64,000 bases of DNA from Leucoraja ocellata (Eukaryota). Shown here piece by piece: positions 24,797 through 37,505 of the stretch; the first letter of the stretch is position 1, and the number at the start of each line of letters is the position of its first letter. The notes beneath the pieces are model-generated. The model was given only the letters and a program-made list of their open reading frames with translations. It ran no database searches and was not told the DNA's origin. The DNA lies in the NCBI GenBank assembly GCA_036785375.1, contig JAWMAR010000421.1, positions 248,001 to 312,000 of the forward strand, in the 5' to 3' direction. The translations under genes and the position numbers were made by a program.

Positions 24797-27700
24797 CTGG
24801 AGGGGGAAGGGTTGAGGAATGGTCACTCACAATCTTACTACACCAGTGAATTGCTCAAAAGTTACAATGATATGCAACCTAAAGGGTGGACTTTAAAAAC
24901 ATCTATTGTTAAGGGCCATTAAACTTTTATAATTGGTATGGCGGAGGATAGAGGTGGGATTCTTACCCATATTTTCCTTTAGGGATTTCTTTGCTGAATT
25001 TTCACTGGTGAAGGTGAGTGGCTGTTCTTTCGTGCCTTCTGATGTGCCCTTGCTGCTCAGGAGAACCGGAGGAAGAGGAGGTGGTGGTGGTGGGGGCGGT
25101 GGTGGTGGGGGCGCTGGTGGTGGAAGCATCACTGAAGAGATTGCTCTTGTGTCTGCCTCTCCTGAAGATATTACAGCACCTGACGGGAGGAAGATGTGCA
25201 CTGGAACATTGCTGGAAGACTTGGAGGCTCTGGGTGGCTTTTTGCTGGCAGAGTGCGATGCTGCTGTGTCTTGGTTCTGCACTCTGGAAGTTTGACAACG
25301 AGGTTTAAATGCAATCTGTCCTGAGGATTTCTGGAATAAAAAAACTTGTTTGTTAAAAATATGCATAAATATAGACTCTGTCACTAAATCCACTAAATCC
25401 AAATGCACACAAACAAAATCAGGACAAGCTGTAATGGAACAGTTGTGGTGTTAGTATCGTGGGGGCTAGAAGATAGGCTTTCACCCTCAAGTGGGCTGTA
25501 ATCGATCTCTACCTCTTTAAAGCTACGCAGCCTTAGCAAAGTCTTTTGCCTCTCCATGTTTACCCACTCCCGTCTCCTTATGTTTTCTTCTTTATTCTGG
25601 TCATGTTTCTGTGTAAACATAATTTCATACAGTGTGTTAACAAACAATCTACTGGTAGACATCAACCAAGTTACACTTTGCAATCACTTACCAGCTGAAT
25701 GCTATGGTGTTGTCGGAAATTAGCTTCTTCTCCTTGCAACTGCTGCTGCTTAGCTCTTTGTGTTTCTTTACACTCCTCCTGGTGAAGAGAAGATGCCGTT
25801 AGGGCCTATGGTTGGAAATGATAGACAATGATCAGCCCCCCCCCCCCCACTCATCAGGGATCCTCTAGCGAAGACAGCCCAAATTAACTGGTTCAGCAGG
25901 AATTGTATGTGAAGCAGGTATATGAGAATATCCCAACATAGGTTGAGCCGTGTTGTATAAGCCTTTGAACCCTATTCCAGAATGCTATATCATTTTGAAC
26001 ATGAGCTACATTAAAGCTGTTTAATGCAACCATCCCCACATCTATACCTTAGCAGCTGAATGGTGACACAGAGAGATATAGAGGATCTTGATCCAAATAT
26101 ACATTGACCTCAGTCGGAAGAAGGGTCCCGACCCGAAATGTCACCTATCCATTTTCTCCAGAGATGCTGCCTGACCCACTGAGTCATTCCAGCATTTTGT
26201 GTCTATTTTATACGTAGACCTCAGCAGGTTCCACCGGTCCTCTGCACCTTGACAATGAGGGCTTACTGGAATTGTACAGATTCAGCTATTTACACCCAGT
26301 TGTCAAAATAAACCCAACAAAACATCTCAAGAGACTATATTTTAGATAGCTGGCATTGAGTCAGTTTACACCCAGTTTCTTTGGCACTTATCCATGAAAC
26401 CATCACTGTGAATCCTTCACATTTGCAGTTGACTTCCAGAGGAAGCAATGAATAAGATACTCAGCACTGCATTGCTTAATAACCCGGTTGCGTGCCTCAT
26501 CACCAGTAGGCCAAGTTCATGTGCCACCACCAACATTGTTCCAGGCAAGAGAGACAACATGTTATCACCCCATCAGCACCATCGTAACAGAGAAGATGAT
26601 GTTCTGCTCCAACTGCTGATAAAGCAACTGGAGCAAAAAAATCCCAACACCAAGAAAACAAAGAGGAAACCCTTGAATCACTTTGGCCTGCTAGAAGAGA
26701 GAATTGGTCACAAGCACTTCACCTAAAGCTTGAAACAATTGCATGCAAAAAATAATATCTTCACAAGGTTTGGTCAGTGGGTGCATTCATATTAATGTTA
26801 CCCAATTTACATGATAAAATATTTGCATTGAGGTCCTTCAAATCAAAATGCAAGAGGGGAAAGCAATCGCCACCCTGCAGAGCAATGGAGGTTTCAGCAA
26901 TTACCCGCTTATTCCTCAGGTACGATCGCCGTGAGCAAATGGCACCTCGTTTATTCTCCAGCTGGTGAACTTTATGCAACAACATCTTAATGTCTACCGA
27001 GCGACTGTCATGTACTAGGCCCATCCCTTCATTGGCCCGAAGCTGCTCAGGGTCTTCACAGGCATCATAGTAAACCACTTCTTCCTCTTTCTCTAGAATT
27101 ACAAATAAAGCCCTCATTAGATGGCAAAAATATAAGGGAGTATTCCAATCAAATGTAATTTAGCTTCTTATTATTTTGGAAGAAACTATTCTTCTGTTTT
27201 TACCTCCTTTAGGAAGTAACCGCATGTTGTGTCCTCTGGCCTGCTATTGTTGAGTTAGAAAGCTTGGGAACCGTCCCTTCAGCCCAACTCTCCATGCTCA
27301 CCAAGATGTCTATCCGAGCTATTCCCCACTGTTTGTTATTGGCATATATCGCTTTAATCCTTCCTCTACATATATGTGTGCAGATGTTTTTTAAATATCA
27401 CAATTGTATTCACTTCTACAGCTTACTCTGGCAACTCATTCCACATTCCCTGTGTTCCATTTAAATCTTTCCCCTCTCACTTTAAACCTATGCCCTCCAG
27501 CTTTAGACTTCACATCCACTTCATCTATGTCCGTTATGATTTTATAAACCTCAATAAGGTCATCCTTCAACCTCTTATGCTCGAGGGAAAATTCCCAGAC
27601 GATCAAGCCTCTGCTAATAACTCAAGCCCTGCAGTCCCAGTAACATTCTTGCAAATCTTTCCTGCAACCTTTTCTCCTTAATGACATCCTTGTTATATAT

Positions 27701-30700
27701 GGGTGACCAGAATCGCACATAATATTCCAAATGTGGTCGCATCAAAAGGTCGCAACTCTGATACTCAATGCACTGACCTGTCTATCCATGTTGCCACTTG
27801 CAGGGAACTATGGATCTATAATGGATCTGTAACCCCAGCTCTCTCTGTACTGCAACACTATCCATGACAATACAACCTGCCTTTGGATTGTTTTAGTTGG
27901 TGATTGGGTCCACTTCCCCCTGGCTCGGCACAGTTGTGGATTGAAAAGACAAGGAGCCTCTGCATAACGTGCTTCTTGGCAATTTCATCGCACAGAGCTG
28001 TGTGAGGTATAGCAAGGCTTAAACTGGAAATCTGGCATTTGTTGTTTGCCCAGCAACAATGCTGGTGACTCGTTCTTCATTCAGTGTTTCGTGATGGATA
28101 GTCAACCTCAAAGCCAGCAGAGCAATAGGCTCTTACTGTGAAGCAAACTTCCTGAAGTAAGTAGGAACAGCAACATAAAGATTTGTGACAGGTATGCAAC
28201 TCACGAATGAGCCAGACATTGTCAAGCTGCTGAAAGCATGATGGGAGTTGGGGAGGGGTAAGGTTAGATTGTATGATTTCTATGACTGGAGTTTCATCAT
28301 TAACAAATTATGAGTTAAATATAAAGGTGAAACCTGGCTAAGGTGCATTTGGCTCAACGTGCCTTCGTCTCAAGTAAACCTCTGTTTAAAGGAAGAAATC
28401 CTGATTTATTGGCCTTGCATTAGTGGGATCTGAACCATCAATGCCTCATTTGCCTGGCACTGGAACCACAACCCAAAAGAAAAATCGGGCCGCTGATTTT
28501 GCTGTCAACCCATGTATGAGGAGAGGGGTCATGGCGAATTTTCAAAAGAATCCAAATCTAAATTATACTATTTGATAAGGGGTTTGACCAGAGTTAGTGC
28601 CCCAAAGTAGCAAGCCTCACTCTTCCTCTGGTGATAACCGCAGCCACCAAAGCATTGGCCGATACTCTCTCATCAACCACTCTACAGATGAGATGATGAA
28701 CACATGCCTTATTCTATAGTTGACACTACTTTAGATCCAAGCAACTGCCGGTTTTCTGACTTGATTGTCCATCAAGCAATACTGAATGAATGTTGCTGAG
28801 CACACAACAATTGGCAGATTTCCTGTTTAAGCCTTGCTGTACTGCAAGTATTTGTGAGTAAAGAGATTGCCATGGGCGGTGCACCACCTTAGGTAGGCAT
28901 ACTCTTCTGGCCTGCACAACATTCTTCACTGCATCAGCCACTGGCTCTTTGTTTCCAACTCTTAATACTAGTGGTAACCCTTACCTCAGGAATATCTACA
29001 AATTTTAACAGGTGAATGAATGGGCTGGCTGGAATAAACCAACCCAATTCACTGTAGTACAGATGGGAATGATGAACAGCCACTTACCCCTGGCTTCACG
29101 TCGAAGGGTGTCCAGCTGAGCGACAACCAGCAGCTCCTCATATTTTAACGTTTCAAGTTGAATGTTGTACAACTCCAGCTGAGTTTCATAATACTGCATT
29201 TCTAACTCATCCACCATCGCCACTGCTTTCCTGGTGTCAAGATGCGCCATCTAAGTTCAAAGAGAGTTTTACTGAAGTATTTGGCAAGCTGCAGAGGGCA
29301 GTTTTTTAAGCAGGACTGGCTGCAGGCATGTTACCTTGTACTGAATCTGCGTTTTCTTGCGCTTCAAACACAGCTCTTTTGCCCGGGTGTATTGTAACGT
29401 TTCCTTCGCAAACATGAACCTCAAATTTTCCTGTCTGGGTGCCACACTGGCCCAGGCAGCTTTGCCAAAGTGAGTTCGATCTTCTTCCATCCGTTTCTGC
29501 ATAGCTGCAGAATAAAAAAATCATGAGAAACATTAGCTAGCTGTATCAGTGTGTAACTTACTTTTGTAATCTATGTTTCCTTGGATCAAATCGACTTGAT
29601 CAGGGCAGAGCTTAAAGGTGAGAGGGGCAAAGTTTAAAGATGATGTGTGGGGCAAGTAATCTTTACACAGAGAGGGATGGGTTTCTGGAACTTGCTGCTA
29701 GGTGTGGTGGCGGAGGCAGAAAATATTGTGCCGTTTAAGAGGCTTTTAGAAAGGAACATGGATAGGCATGGAATGGAGAGATATGGATCATGTGTAGACA
29801 GACGAGATTTGTTTATCTTGTATCATGATCAGCACAGACATTGTGGCGAAGGAACTGCTCCTGTGTTACACTTTGCTATTTTCTATGAACAAATTAAGAT
29901 ACCTTGCTTAGATAGGTCACAAAGTGAGTAGACCCCCTACACAAGACCCCAAGAATAAGGAAATCACAATGCAGATGGTCCAAGTCCATTCCTCCTATGT
30001 GAGCTCCTTAACTCAGCTTGCATTTTAAGTTCTCGTTACTGGGCTTCTATCAGAGCCCAAAACAACCCACTCATTTTTCTATTCTTAAATAACTACAGAT
30101 GGGCTGACTGTTTCAGATCACAACAGATGCATAAAACACAATCCAACTCTTTCTTTATAGGTGCCAGGATCTCCAAATTATTGTTCCAGCGTGCATCACA
30201 TGCCCCACATTTCTGTGAGCAATGGTCTCTTCACTTGCAACTACAGTACAATGGGACTGAGACATGCTCACTCCACCTGTAGTTTGGTCTGGTTCTCTAA
30301 AATTCAACCCTCTTTATTTAAGGGACAGAAGTTTAGGGGTAACATGAGGGGGAACTTCTTTACTCAGAGAGTGGTAGCGGTGTGGAATGAGCTTCCAGTG
30401 GAAGTGGTGTCGGCAGGTTCGTTGGTATCATTTAAAAATAAATTGGATAGGCATATGGATGAGAAGGGAATGGAGGGTTATGGTATGAGTGCAGGCAGGT
30501 GGGACTAAGGGAAAAAAGTTGTTCGGCACGGACTTGTAGGGCCGAGATGGCCTGTTTCCGTGCTGTAATTGTTATATGGTTATATGGTTTATGCTCTGGT
30601 AATGAAAACCCTGGCAACTGTAGCTGTCAGTTCACCTTTGCTCCAGTCTAAATTACCTGCCAGCGCTTTCACCGTATCCCGGAAATAATCCACTGTTATG

Positions 30701-33700
30701 TCCTGGATTGAGCAGACTGCTTCTTGCATGCGCCGGGACCATTCTTCCACTTCTTTCTGCAGACTCTGAATTCTCCTTGGACCCAGAGTGTCAAACTCCA
30801 ATGATTTCTGCAAATATCGCAAGTAGTCAAGTTAGATCAGAAAGTCATATTGGATAAAGGCAATTGATCTCCTGACTGTGTATATATTTGATGGTCAAGC
30901 ATGGAAACGCTCAAAAATGTACTTTTGGTTTGACCCAGGGTAAACTCTCACAACACAAATTACATAATAAACTTGCCCCCTTGTGGCCCTCAGAAGGAAC
31001 ACTTCGTTAGTCTCACATGTGTTCCCATCCTGAGCTGAGCACAAGCACCCAAAATAATGAATTTTACAAATTATTAATATCCTTCAAAATCCAAAGGAAA
31101 TTGAACCAAATCCATTGTGGGCAGAGTCAGCATCAGATAGTCCTAAATCAGGGCCCACATAATCTACTGAAAACCACAACCAGCTGTACCAGTGTGATGC
31201 AAGTCCTCCTCCACCAGTGACTCTAGCTTCAGATTCTCAAGAGCAGGCACTGGTTGCTTCAGCTGATTACAGCCAGCAGAGATTTGTAGCCTTTGATTGT
31301 ACTGCAACCCAAACCATGTCCCTTTACTGCTAAAGCTACTGCTTAACGGCTGACTGTTGCTTCTAATTAAAACGATTAGTTAAAGTGCAGCATCCCTAAG
31401 AAATAAACAGCAACTGCATGAATTACCAAGGCCTCCTGTTTACACAGCGAGGCAAACTCTCGCATATCCCGGAAAGGCTGCAGTAAACACTGGTAAAATT
31501 GCGTGGCGACAGTGACCAGCTCCTGATAGGCTTCATCTTCCTCCAGGTAGAATCTTTTAAGGGTTACCAGATTCTTAGCTTGAATGTGTTGGTTCAAGAT
31601 CTGGAAAACAAAAAGTCATCCGAGCAAAATCAGCAGCTGACAATTGGCCCCTTAACACAACCCAAGGCCAGAGCCTTCACAGAATAATTACATTATAAAA
31701 ATAACACATACACACAGCCCAGAGAAGAGAGCACTTGTGGGTATCCCTTAAGAGGCTGGGTGGACAAGTCCGCAGAACAGCAACAGCCTGACAATAGTTG
31801 TAGTAACAGAATACTTTACGGACGTTCACAAATCCTGTGCACACTGTAGCACCAGCAGAACAGATGCCCCATGCCTGACGGTGGTTTAGAAGTAGTCTTC
31901 GGGTCAGGAAACTCCTGACAACACAAGGACATCCTCCCTCAGCTGATGTATCAGTACTCCTCCATGTTGGACAACATTCAGATGAAAGATTAAAGAGGTG
32001 GGAACCCATGTTCTTCTTCAGCTATAGCCTATCAGCACCATCGCTGACTAAACTGTAATGGTCCTCGAGAGAACCTCATTATCACAGATGCCAGTCTGTA
32101 CTCTATTCAATTTACTCCAATGATATCAAGACAAAGCTGGGAGTACTGGATACAGCAAAGGAACACATGGTCAGACTCCATCCCAATTGCAGTACTGAAT
32201 ACCCACACACTAAAAACAGTTGAGCCTCTCACCAAGTTTGTTTCAGTACAACACTGAATTCTAATCAACATAGTAGACCATCCACAAACAGGTCTATCCT
32301 GCTCTTGCCTTGCCAAACCTCTCTCTTCGTGACTTGCCCCTATCCTGTCCCGCAATGTCCAGTCCCTTCCCACCTACACCTCTCCTACCTCCCACTGTTT
32401 TGACAATTTTCAATTCCCTGTTCCCAACTGTCCATTCGTCATCACGGATGTCCAGTCCCAAGCACCATCCCCCATCAGGAAGGCCTTAGGATTTGGTTTC
32501 ATTCTGGAACAAAGATACAACCAGTTCCCCGACGCCAACTCTCACCCACCTGGCAGAACCTGCTCTTGCCCTCAGCAACTTTTGCTTTTGATTCCTCCTT
32601 TGTTGCAAACCTATTCTGGCACCACTCTCCAACTCATTCCATGCAACTTTGATGGCTGCATTGCTACAACTTTCTGCATTCGTGCAGAACTTGCCATTTT
32701 TACCACTTTTTCCACCAACTTCCACCGTGCCCTCAAATGCCCTGGAACATTTCTGACACTTTTCATTTTCTGGATCCGTTTCCATTTTAGGAGACAATTT
32801 ATTCAACAATATCTACTACACACCTATAGACTACCACTACTAACTTGTCCACACTTCCTCCCACGGTCTCTTACACAGGTGCCATTCCTTTGTCTTAGTT
32901 TCTCCAGTTCAAGGGCTTTCCAGTCTAGGGCTTCTGAAATGTCGTTCTCATGCTGGAATCATGGCTTTCCCTCTCCCAGTCTTCAACTGGATTTTCTGCA
33001 CATGTGGTGTCATCCCCTCCCTCTCCAGACAGAACTGGGATAGAGATCCCCAGGTCCTTTTATCCTACTAGACTTTGCTCCCAGCACATCATTGCTCCCA
33101 GCACCTTTGTCATTTCCACTAACTGCAATGTGATTCCCTTCTTTCCAACACTCTCCTCCTCCAACAAGGTTTCTGCAGTAACCACTCTCTCCGCAGTTTA
33201 CTCCGCTAGTCATCCCTTCCCGGCCATTTGGGGAACTTTTTAGCTTGACATCGCATCAACAACTGCACTTATTGAAGTAGTAAATTAAACAACAAAGCCA
33301 AACATGTACATCGGTGTTGGGGTAGGGTCAAGCGAATGCCAGGATTATGAAGGGCAGACATGTCAATAACCCTGGTTTGTAAATCTCGACTGACGCACGT
33401 TGAAGTTGCGCCACACACTGTAAATAGCTCTATAACCAGAGCATAAGTCAGCCATTCTTGTGGTTCAAATTCCCATCTGACAGCACGCTAGTTCCATCCC
33501 TTCCTCCGCTGCCCCAAATCGGTGCGCACTTTGTAACCGGTAGGTATACACCTGCACCTTCGGATCCTCCATGCCGAGAAGAATCAGTTCCTGAACTGCG
33601 ATTGCAGGAAAATAGAAACACAGATCATAGGGGAACCTGAAAGACCTGAACCCGTCCACCTCACGCACCTTCCTCAGCGCCTCCCGTCCACTGGCCACCC

Positions 33701-34232
33701 GCTGCTCCAGGCTGCGGCCGCGGAGCTCGCTCACACTCTCGAAGTAGTCCTCAACCTCGCCCTCGGGGAAGAGAGTATCCAGGGCGATGCGATGTCCGCA
33801 GAGCTCGATGGCGGCGTCCAGGTAGAGTTCGAGCTGGCGGCAGACGGAGTCCAGGTCGGGGCCGGGCTCGGAGCCCTCGGCCAGAGAGCTGCCCGGGAAC
33901 AAGAGGCCCCACAGACCCCGGGGCCTAAGCTCTGGCAGCGCGGGGAAGCAGCGCTCCAGGGCGGCGCAGCTGGCGGCCAGCACCCGGTGGATGCAGCAGA
34001 GCTCCTGCGGGGAGTAGAGCGCAGCCCAGCTGCTCGGAGCCGGGGCCTCGGGCTCGGGCTCGGGCTCGGCGGCCCGCGCCTGCAGCTGCCGGTTGTGACA
34101 GGTGACGGCGAACTTTCCCTCCACCTCGTTCCAGGCCGCCAGGAAGCGCAGGCGGGGGCGCTGTGTCTCCGCGAACAGACCGCTCTTCACCGAGACCCAG
34201 CCGTCCAGGCTGTCCATCCGCTCGGCGTCCAT
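24492..34232 (-). CDS. WHAMM: WASP homolog associated with actin, Golgi membranes and microtubules; join(complement 34232-33669,31600-31427,30807-30657,29504-29335,29250-29088,27092-26905,25778-25692,25608-25513,25330-24967,24796-24492), ~753 aa
   Basis: N-terminal WHAMM/JMY domain (DSLDGWVSVK..AWNEVEGKFAVTCHNR), coiled coil, poly-Pro, two WH2, central and acidic EEWDS end. All phases consistent (2262 nt). Confidence 0.94.
24967..25330 (-). CDS. WHAMM: WHAMM exon 9 (poly-proline)
   Basis: KSSGQIAFKPR...[19 protein letters not shown]...ENM|gtaaga; 364 nt. Confidence 0.9.
25513..25608 (-). CDS. WHAMM: WHAMM exon 8
   Basis: KHDQNKEENIRRREWVNMERQKTLLRLRSFKE; 96 nt. Confidence 0.9.
25692..25778 (-). 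CDS. WHAMM: WHAMM exon 7
   Basis: EECKETQRAKQQQLQGEEANFRQHHSIQL|gtaagt; 87 nt. Confidence 0.9.
26905..27092 (-). CDS. WHAMM: WHAMM exon 6
   Basis: EKEEEVVYYDACEDPEQL...QLENKRGAICSRRSYLRNKR; 188 nt. Confidence 0.92.
29088..29250 (-). CDS. WHAMM: WHAMM exon 5
   Basis: MAHLD...VDELEMQYYETQLELYNIQLETLKYEELL..; 163 nt. Confidence 0.92.
29335..29504 (-). CDS. WHAMM: WHAMM exon 4
   Basis: MQKRMEEDRTHFGKAAWASVAPR...KELCLKRKKTQIQYK; 170 nt. Confidence 0.93.
30320..30590 (+). mobile_element. CR1/L2 LINE 3' end
   Basis: FRGNMRGNFFTQRVVAVWNELP motif; tail (ttatatgg)n. Confidence 0.85.
30657..30807 (-). CDS. WHAMM: WHAMM exon 3
   Basis: KSLEFDTLGPRRI...SIQDITVDYFRDTVKALA; 151 nt. Confidence 0.93.
31427..31600 (-). 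CDS. WHAMM: WHAMM exon 2
   Basis: ILNQHIQAK...YQELVTVATQFYQCLLQPFRDMRE..EAL; 174 nt. Confidence 0.93.
32440..33240 (+). mobile_element. Degraded Penelope-like RT remnant
   Basis: Fragmentary IPHQEGL..FLEQR..TL.HLAE...LSNF-like peptides; pyrimidine-rich PLE composition. Confidence 0.55.
33669..34232 (-). CDS. WHAMM: WHAMM exon 1
   Basis: MDAERMDSLDGWVSVK...REALRK|gtgcgt; CpG-island exon. Confidence 0.93.
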
Positions 34233-34440
34233 GGGCCGGCTCGGCCGGCAGCCGCATCGCCCTGGCCTTCCCCCCTGACGTCACCTGGAGGCAGCGGCGC
34301 GACGTCAGAGCCGAGCGCGTGTCCTCCGTGACGTCACGGAAAGGTCCAGGCGCCCGTGGTAACGGATGAGGGCGGCCTAGTCTGACTCGTCCCCCCCTCA
34401 CCGCGCCTGACCCGCCCCCCCTCACCCGGCCCCCCGCCCA
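34233..34440 (-). promoter_or_regulatory. WHAMM CpG-island promoter with CRE cluster and GC boxes
   Basis: TGACGTCA at 34276-34283 and 34329-34336, CGACGTCA at 34300-34307, CCGCCC boxes near 34412 and 34434, directly upstream of the WHAMM ATG. Confidence 0.7.
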
Positions 34441-35250
34441 GATAACCCAGGGGCACACCGGGTTAGCACAGGTGATCACGGGTCACAATAGGTCATCCCA
34501 GGTAACCCTGGGCACAGCAAGTCACCTCGGGTCCAGGTGCAAATTGGAGGAACAGCATCTTATATTTTGCTTGGGTAGCTTACACCCCAGCGGTATGAAC
34601 ATTGACTATAACTAGAAACAAGAATTTCATTGTCCTGTCAGGGATACATGACAATAAACTCTCTTGACTTCTCTTGACTTGACTTGCTTTCCCTTTCTCT
34701 CCATCCCTTCCCCCGTTCCAGTTCTCCGATCAGTCTAACTATCTTCGACTACATTTTAACTCTGCTTTGTTGTTAACTTACCCCAACTAACAATGATCTA
34801 TTCTACATTTTCCTAGTTCTCCATATCCTTTGTTCTGTTTTCATACCTTACACTTCCTTATCTGTACGCTTCAGTCTGAAGAAGGGTCTCGACCCAAAAC
34901 TTCTCTCCAGAAATGCTGCCTGTCCCGCTGAATTACTCCAACATTTTGTGTCAATCTTCGATTTAAACCAACATCTTCATACATATAGTTCCTTCATACA
35001 CATCGGGTCATAGCAGATCAGCCCAGGTAACCTCGGGTCACAGCAGGCCAGCCTCGGTAACCTCAGATCAGCCCAGGTCACAGCAGGTCAAGGCAGATTA
35101 ACCCAGGGTCACAGCAGTTCTACCCAGGGACCCCAGGTTAGCCCAGCAAACACTGGGCACAGCGAGTCAGTCGAAGTAATTCTGGATCACAGCAGGCCAG
35201 CCCAGGTAACCCTGGGTCAACCCAGGTAACAGCAGGTCAGCTAGGTTACT
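34436..35250. repeat. Degenerate ~30-bp minisatellite (cccaggtaaccctgggtcacagcaggtcag), split by a Penelope insertion
   Basis: Repeated units on both sides of 34534-35002. Confidence 0.8.
34534..35002 (+). mobile_element. Penelope-like element 3' fragment
   Basis: Encodes KLEEQHLIFCLGSLHPSGMNID (end of PLE GIY-YIG region), pyrimidine tract, terminal repeat with a hammerhead-like core; flanked by tcgggtc direct repeats. Confidence 0.75.
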
Positions 35251-35799
35251 CTCAGTCTCAGTGGATCAGATAAAGTCAAACATGATTTTTCTTTGTAAGT
35301 GTATATTGACTGTTTAGTCACATATTATTTTCTAAGTGCCTTGCTATCACTTTATTGTAAATTTTAACATTTTCCCAACTACTGATGTCAGTAATTGGAC
35401 ACCATTCATTTACAATCTTTCGTAATAATTTGCTTTATGAAATAACTTGATTGAAATACAGACTACTCATTCAAGTTTAAAAGAATGACTGGTGATCTTA
35501 TTAAAACGTGTAACATTCTGAGGGATGGATACTGTGAGAATGTTTCTCCTTGTGAAATTATCAACATTTCCTCTCAAAGGGTTTTGAATCTTTGAAATTC
35601 TCTTCCTCAGAGAGCTGTGGTGGTGGAGATTGACAGATATTTACACCACAAGAGAGGCAGGAGATATTACAAGAGAGCAATAAGTGTATTGGGGCTGGGA
35701 TGGGTCACCCATGATTTTATTAAATGGTCAGGCAGATGCGAGGGGCAGATTGGCCGGCTCCTATTACTATCTTCTTTATTCAGCATGAACGTAGTTGGA

Positions 35800-36085
35800 G
35801 CTGATTCCTTAATTGGACTACATGCTGTTTGCATTCCCAGCCTGCTCTCCGAGGAGTGGCTTTGCTGAAGGTCATGTGTCACCAAGCAGCTAAATATACG
35901 GCAGGCAGATTGCCAGAGCCATGAGAGGACTGGATTGACGGGGAAAAGCGAGGTGCCTACAGAGCGTGGTTTCAAGAATAATCAGGAATACTGATCTCTG
36001 AACAGGTACAAATATTGAGCTGCTCTGGTTCTCTATAATTCAGTCACTGAAACGCATCCCAGTCATTTGAAAAGAACAGCTGTGG
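35800..36085 (+). promoter_or_regulatory. Candidate muscle-type FSD2 promoter
   Basis: Perfect CArG CCTTAATTGG 35807-35816, E-box CATGTG 35873, CTAAATATAC 35890, possible donor CAG|GTACAA at 36005, E-box CAGCTG 36077-36082. Confidence 0.45.
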
Positions 36086-36731
36086 CCTGAAACTAAACAT
36101 GTCCCCTAATGTTTGGTGTATATACCAAACTATGTTTAAGATTTGGAGACCAATTTCTGTTACCAGAAATTTGCTTCTTGTGATTTAAGAAGCATATTTT
36201 TTAACAGAAGTTTCTGAACATCTTTGCTATGCAGTTGCCTTTTGTGAATCATTGTTTGAACACATCCTTGAATGTTTTCTTCCCGCCACCCAGTAACTTT
36301 CCCCATGATGGAGCTCGGAATAGACTGTCTTCTGTTTCGGGCAATGACATAACCCATCAAAAATAACCAACAGTGTGTAAGGACAACTTTGCTGCTGGGC
36401 AGAGATCACAAGCTTGGCACAGATCATTAACCTTGCTTCACTTGCCCTTCCAGTAAATTTGGTGGACTTTACAGCATTATTAGTATTTTTCCAGTGTCTT
36501 AGCATCTCAATGTATTCTATGCATGAACAATTTTCACAATCTGGGAACCAATATGATGGATTTTTAATAAATCTCTGCAATAATTGATCCACAATTTATT
36601 AGGAATGAACAGTGAAGACTGTGACAGCTAATTTGTTTCTGATCTCATCTGTTTTTTTTTTATTTCTGCCCCCTATAAGGGCAAGTGAATTCAGTGTGAA
36701 ACCACCGGTTCTTCCTGCACACGTGAAGACG

Positions 36732-37505
36732 ATGAAGAACCAGGAAACACCACATGAGTCCGGTGGTCTGGAACCAGCGATAGAGAGTCCCAAAGAGCAG
36801 GGCACAGGCAAGGAACCTTCACCCTCCCAAGGGGCAGAGGAGGGAGGAGGTGCGGAGGCTGCAGAACCTGAAGGATTCCGGTTCTATCATATGGACCTCT
36901 ATGAACCTAGGGAAGGCTTGGAAATTTTTGCAGACAAACAATCAACATCCAAAGTGGCAGCCCTGCAGGATACATCGCAAGGTGTCCTGCATATTGAGGA
37001 GCAGCTTGCAGCAGAGAGACTCCCTGTGGATCTGCTGAGCCATGGCATCTACAGAGAGGACCCTGGCTGTTTGTCCTTTCCAGAAGCAGAATCTGGTACG
37101 TGTCAGAACCTAATGGAATTTGCCAACATCCTTCCTTTGCAAAAGCAGTTTGATCCCTTCCAGCAAATTGTGGATTACTCAGAAAGCGCAAGTCAGTGCA
37201 GCGAAGGGCTCTTCAGCCCAATATCAGAGCAAAGCATTTTTGAAGAATCTGAGACAGAGGGTACCACAACCAAGTCTGGAGATGATGTGGCAGAGAGCGT
37301 CAGAGATCTCAGAAGCCCGAGAAACAACGCTTCCAAGGAGACAGAACTGGAGCCAGATGACCAGGAGACTGCCCAGGACCAGGACACAACCCCGGATGTT
37401 TATTGTCAGTCGTGTAATATTCCGATTCCCGCTTTTGAGAAGCTCTTTGGATTCCATAAACATCACAGCGTGATCCCATTAGCAGAGGCCGCAGTCGTTG
37501 CCAAG
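36732..37505 (+). CDS. FSD2: FSD2 first coding exon
   Basis: Acceptor AG at 36678-36679, first in-frame ATG 36732; ends AAVVAK|gtacgt. Confidence 0.85.

Noticed and set aside
33792-34479. Long overlapping ORFs (179 aa +, 184 aa -)
   Set aside because: Shadow frames of the GC-rich WHAMM exon 1 with no recognisable motif
36612-36731. Upstream extension of the FSD2 ORF resembling a signal peptide
   Set aside because: It is the polypyrimidine tract and acceptor of the exon, with a GTG start and no ATG
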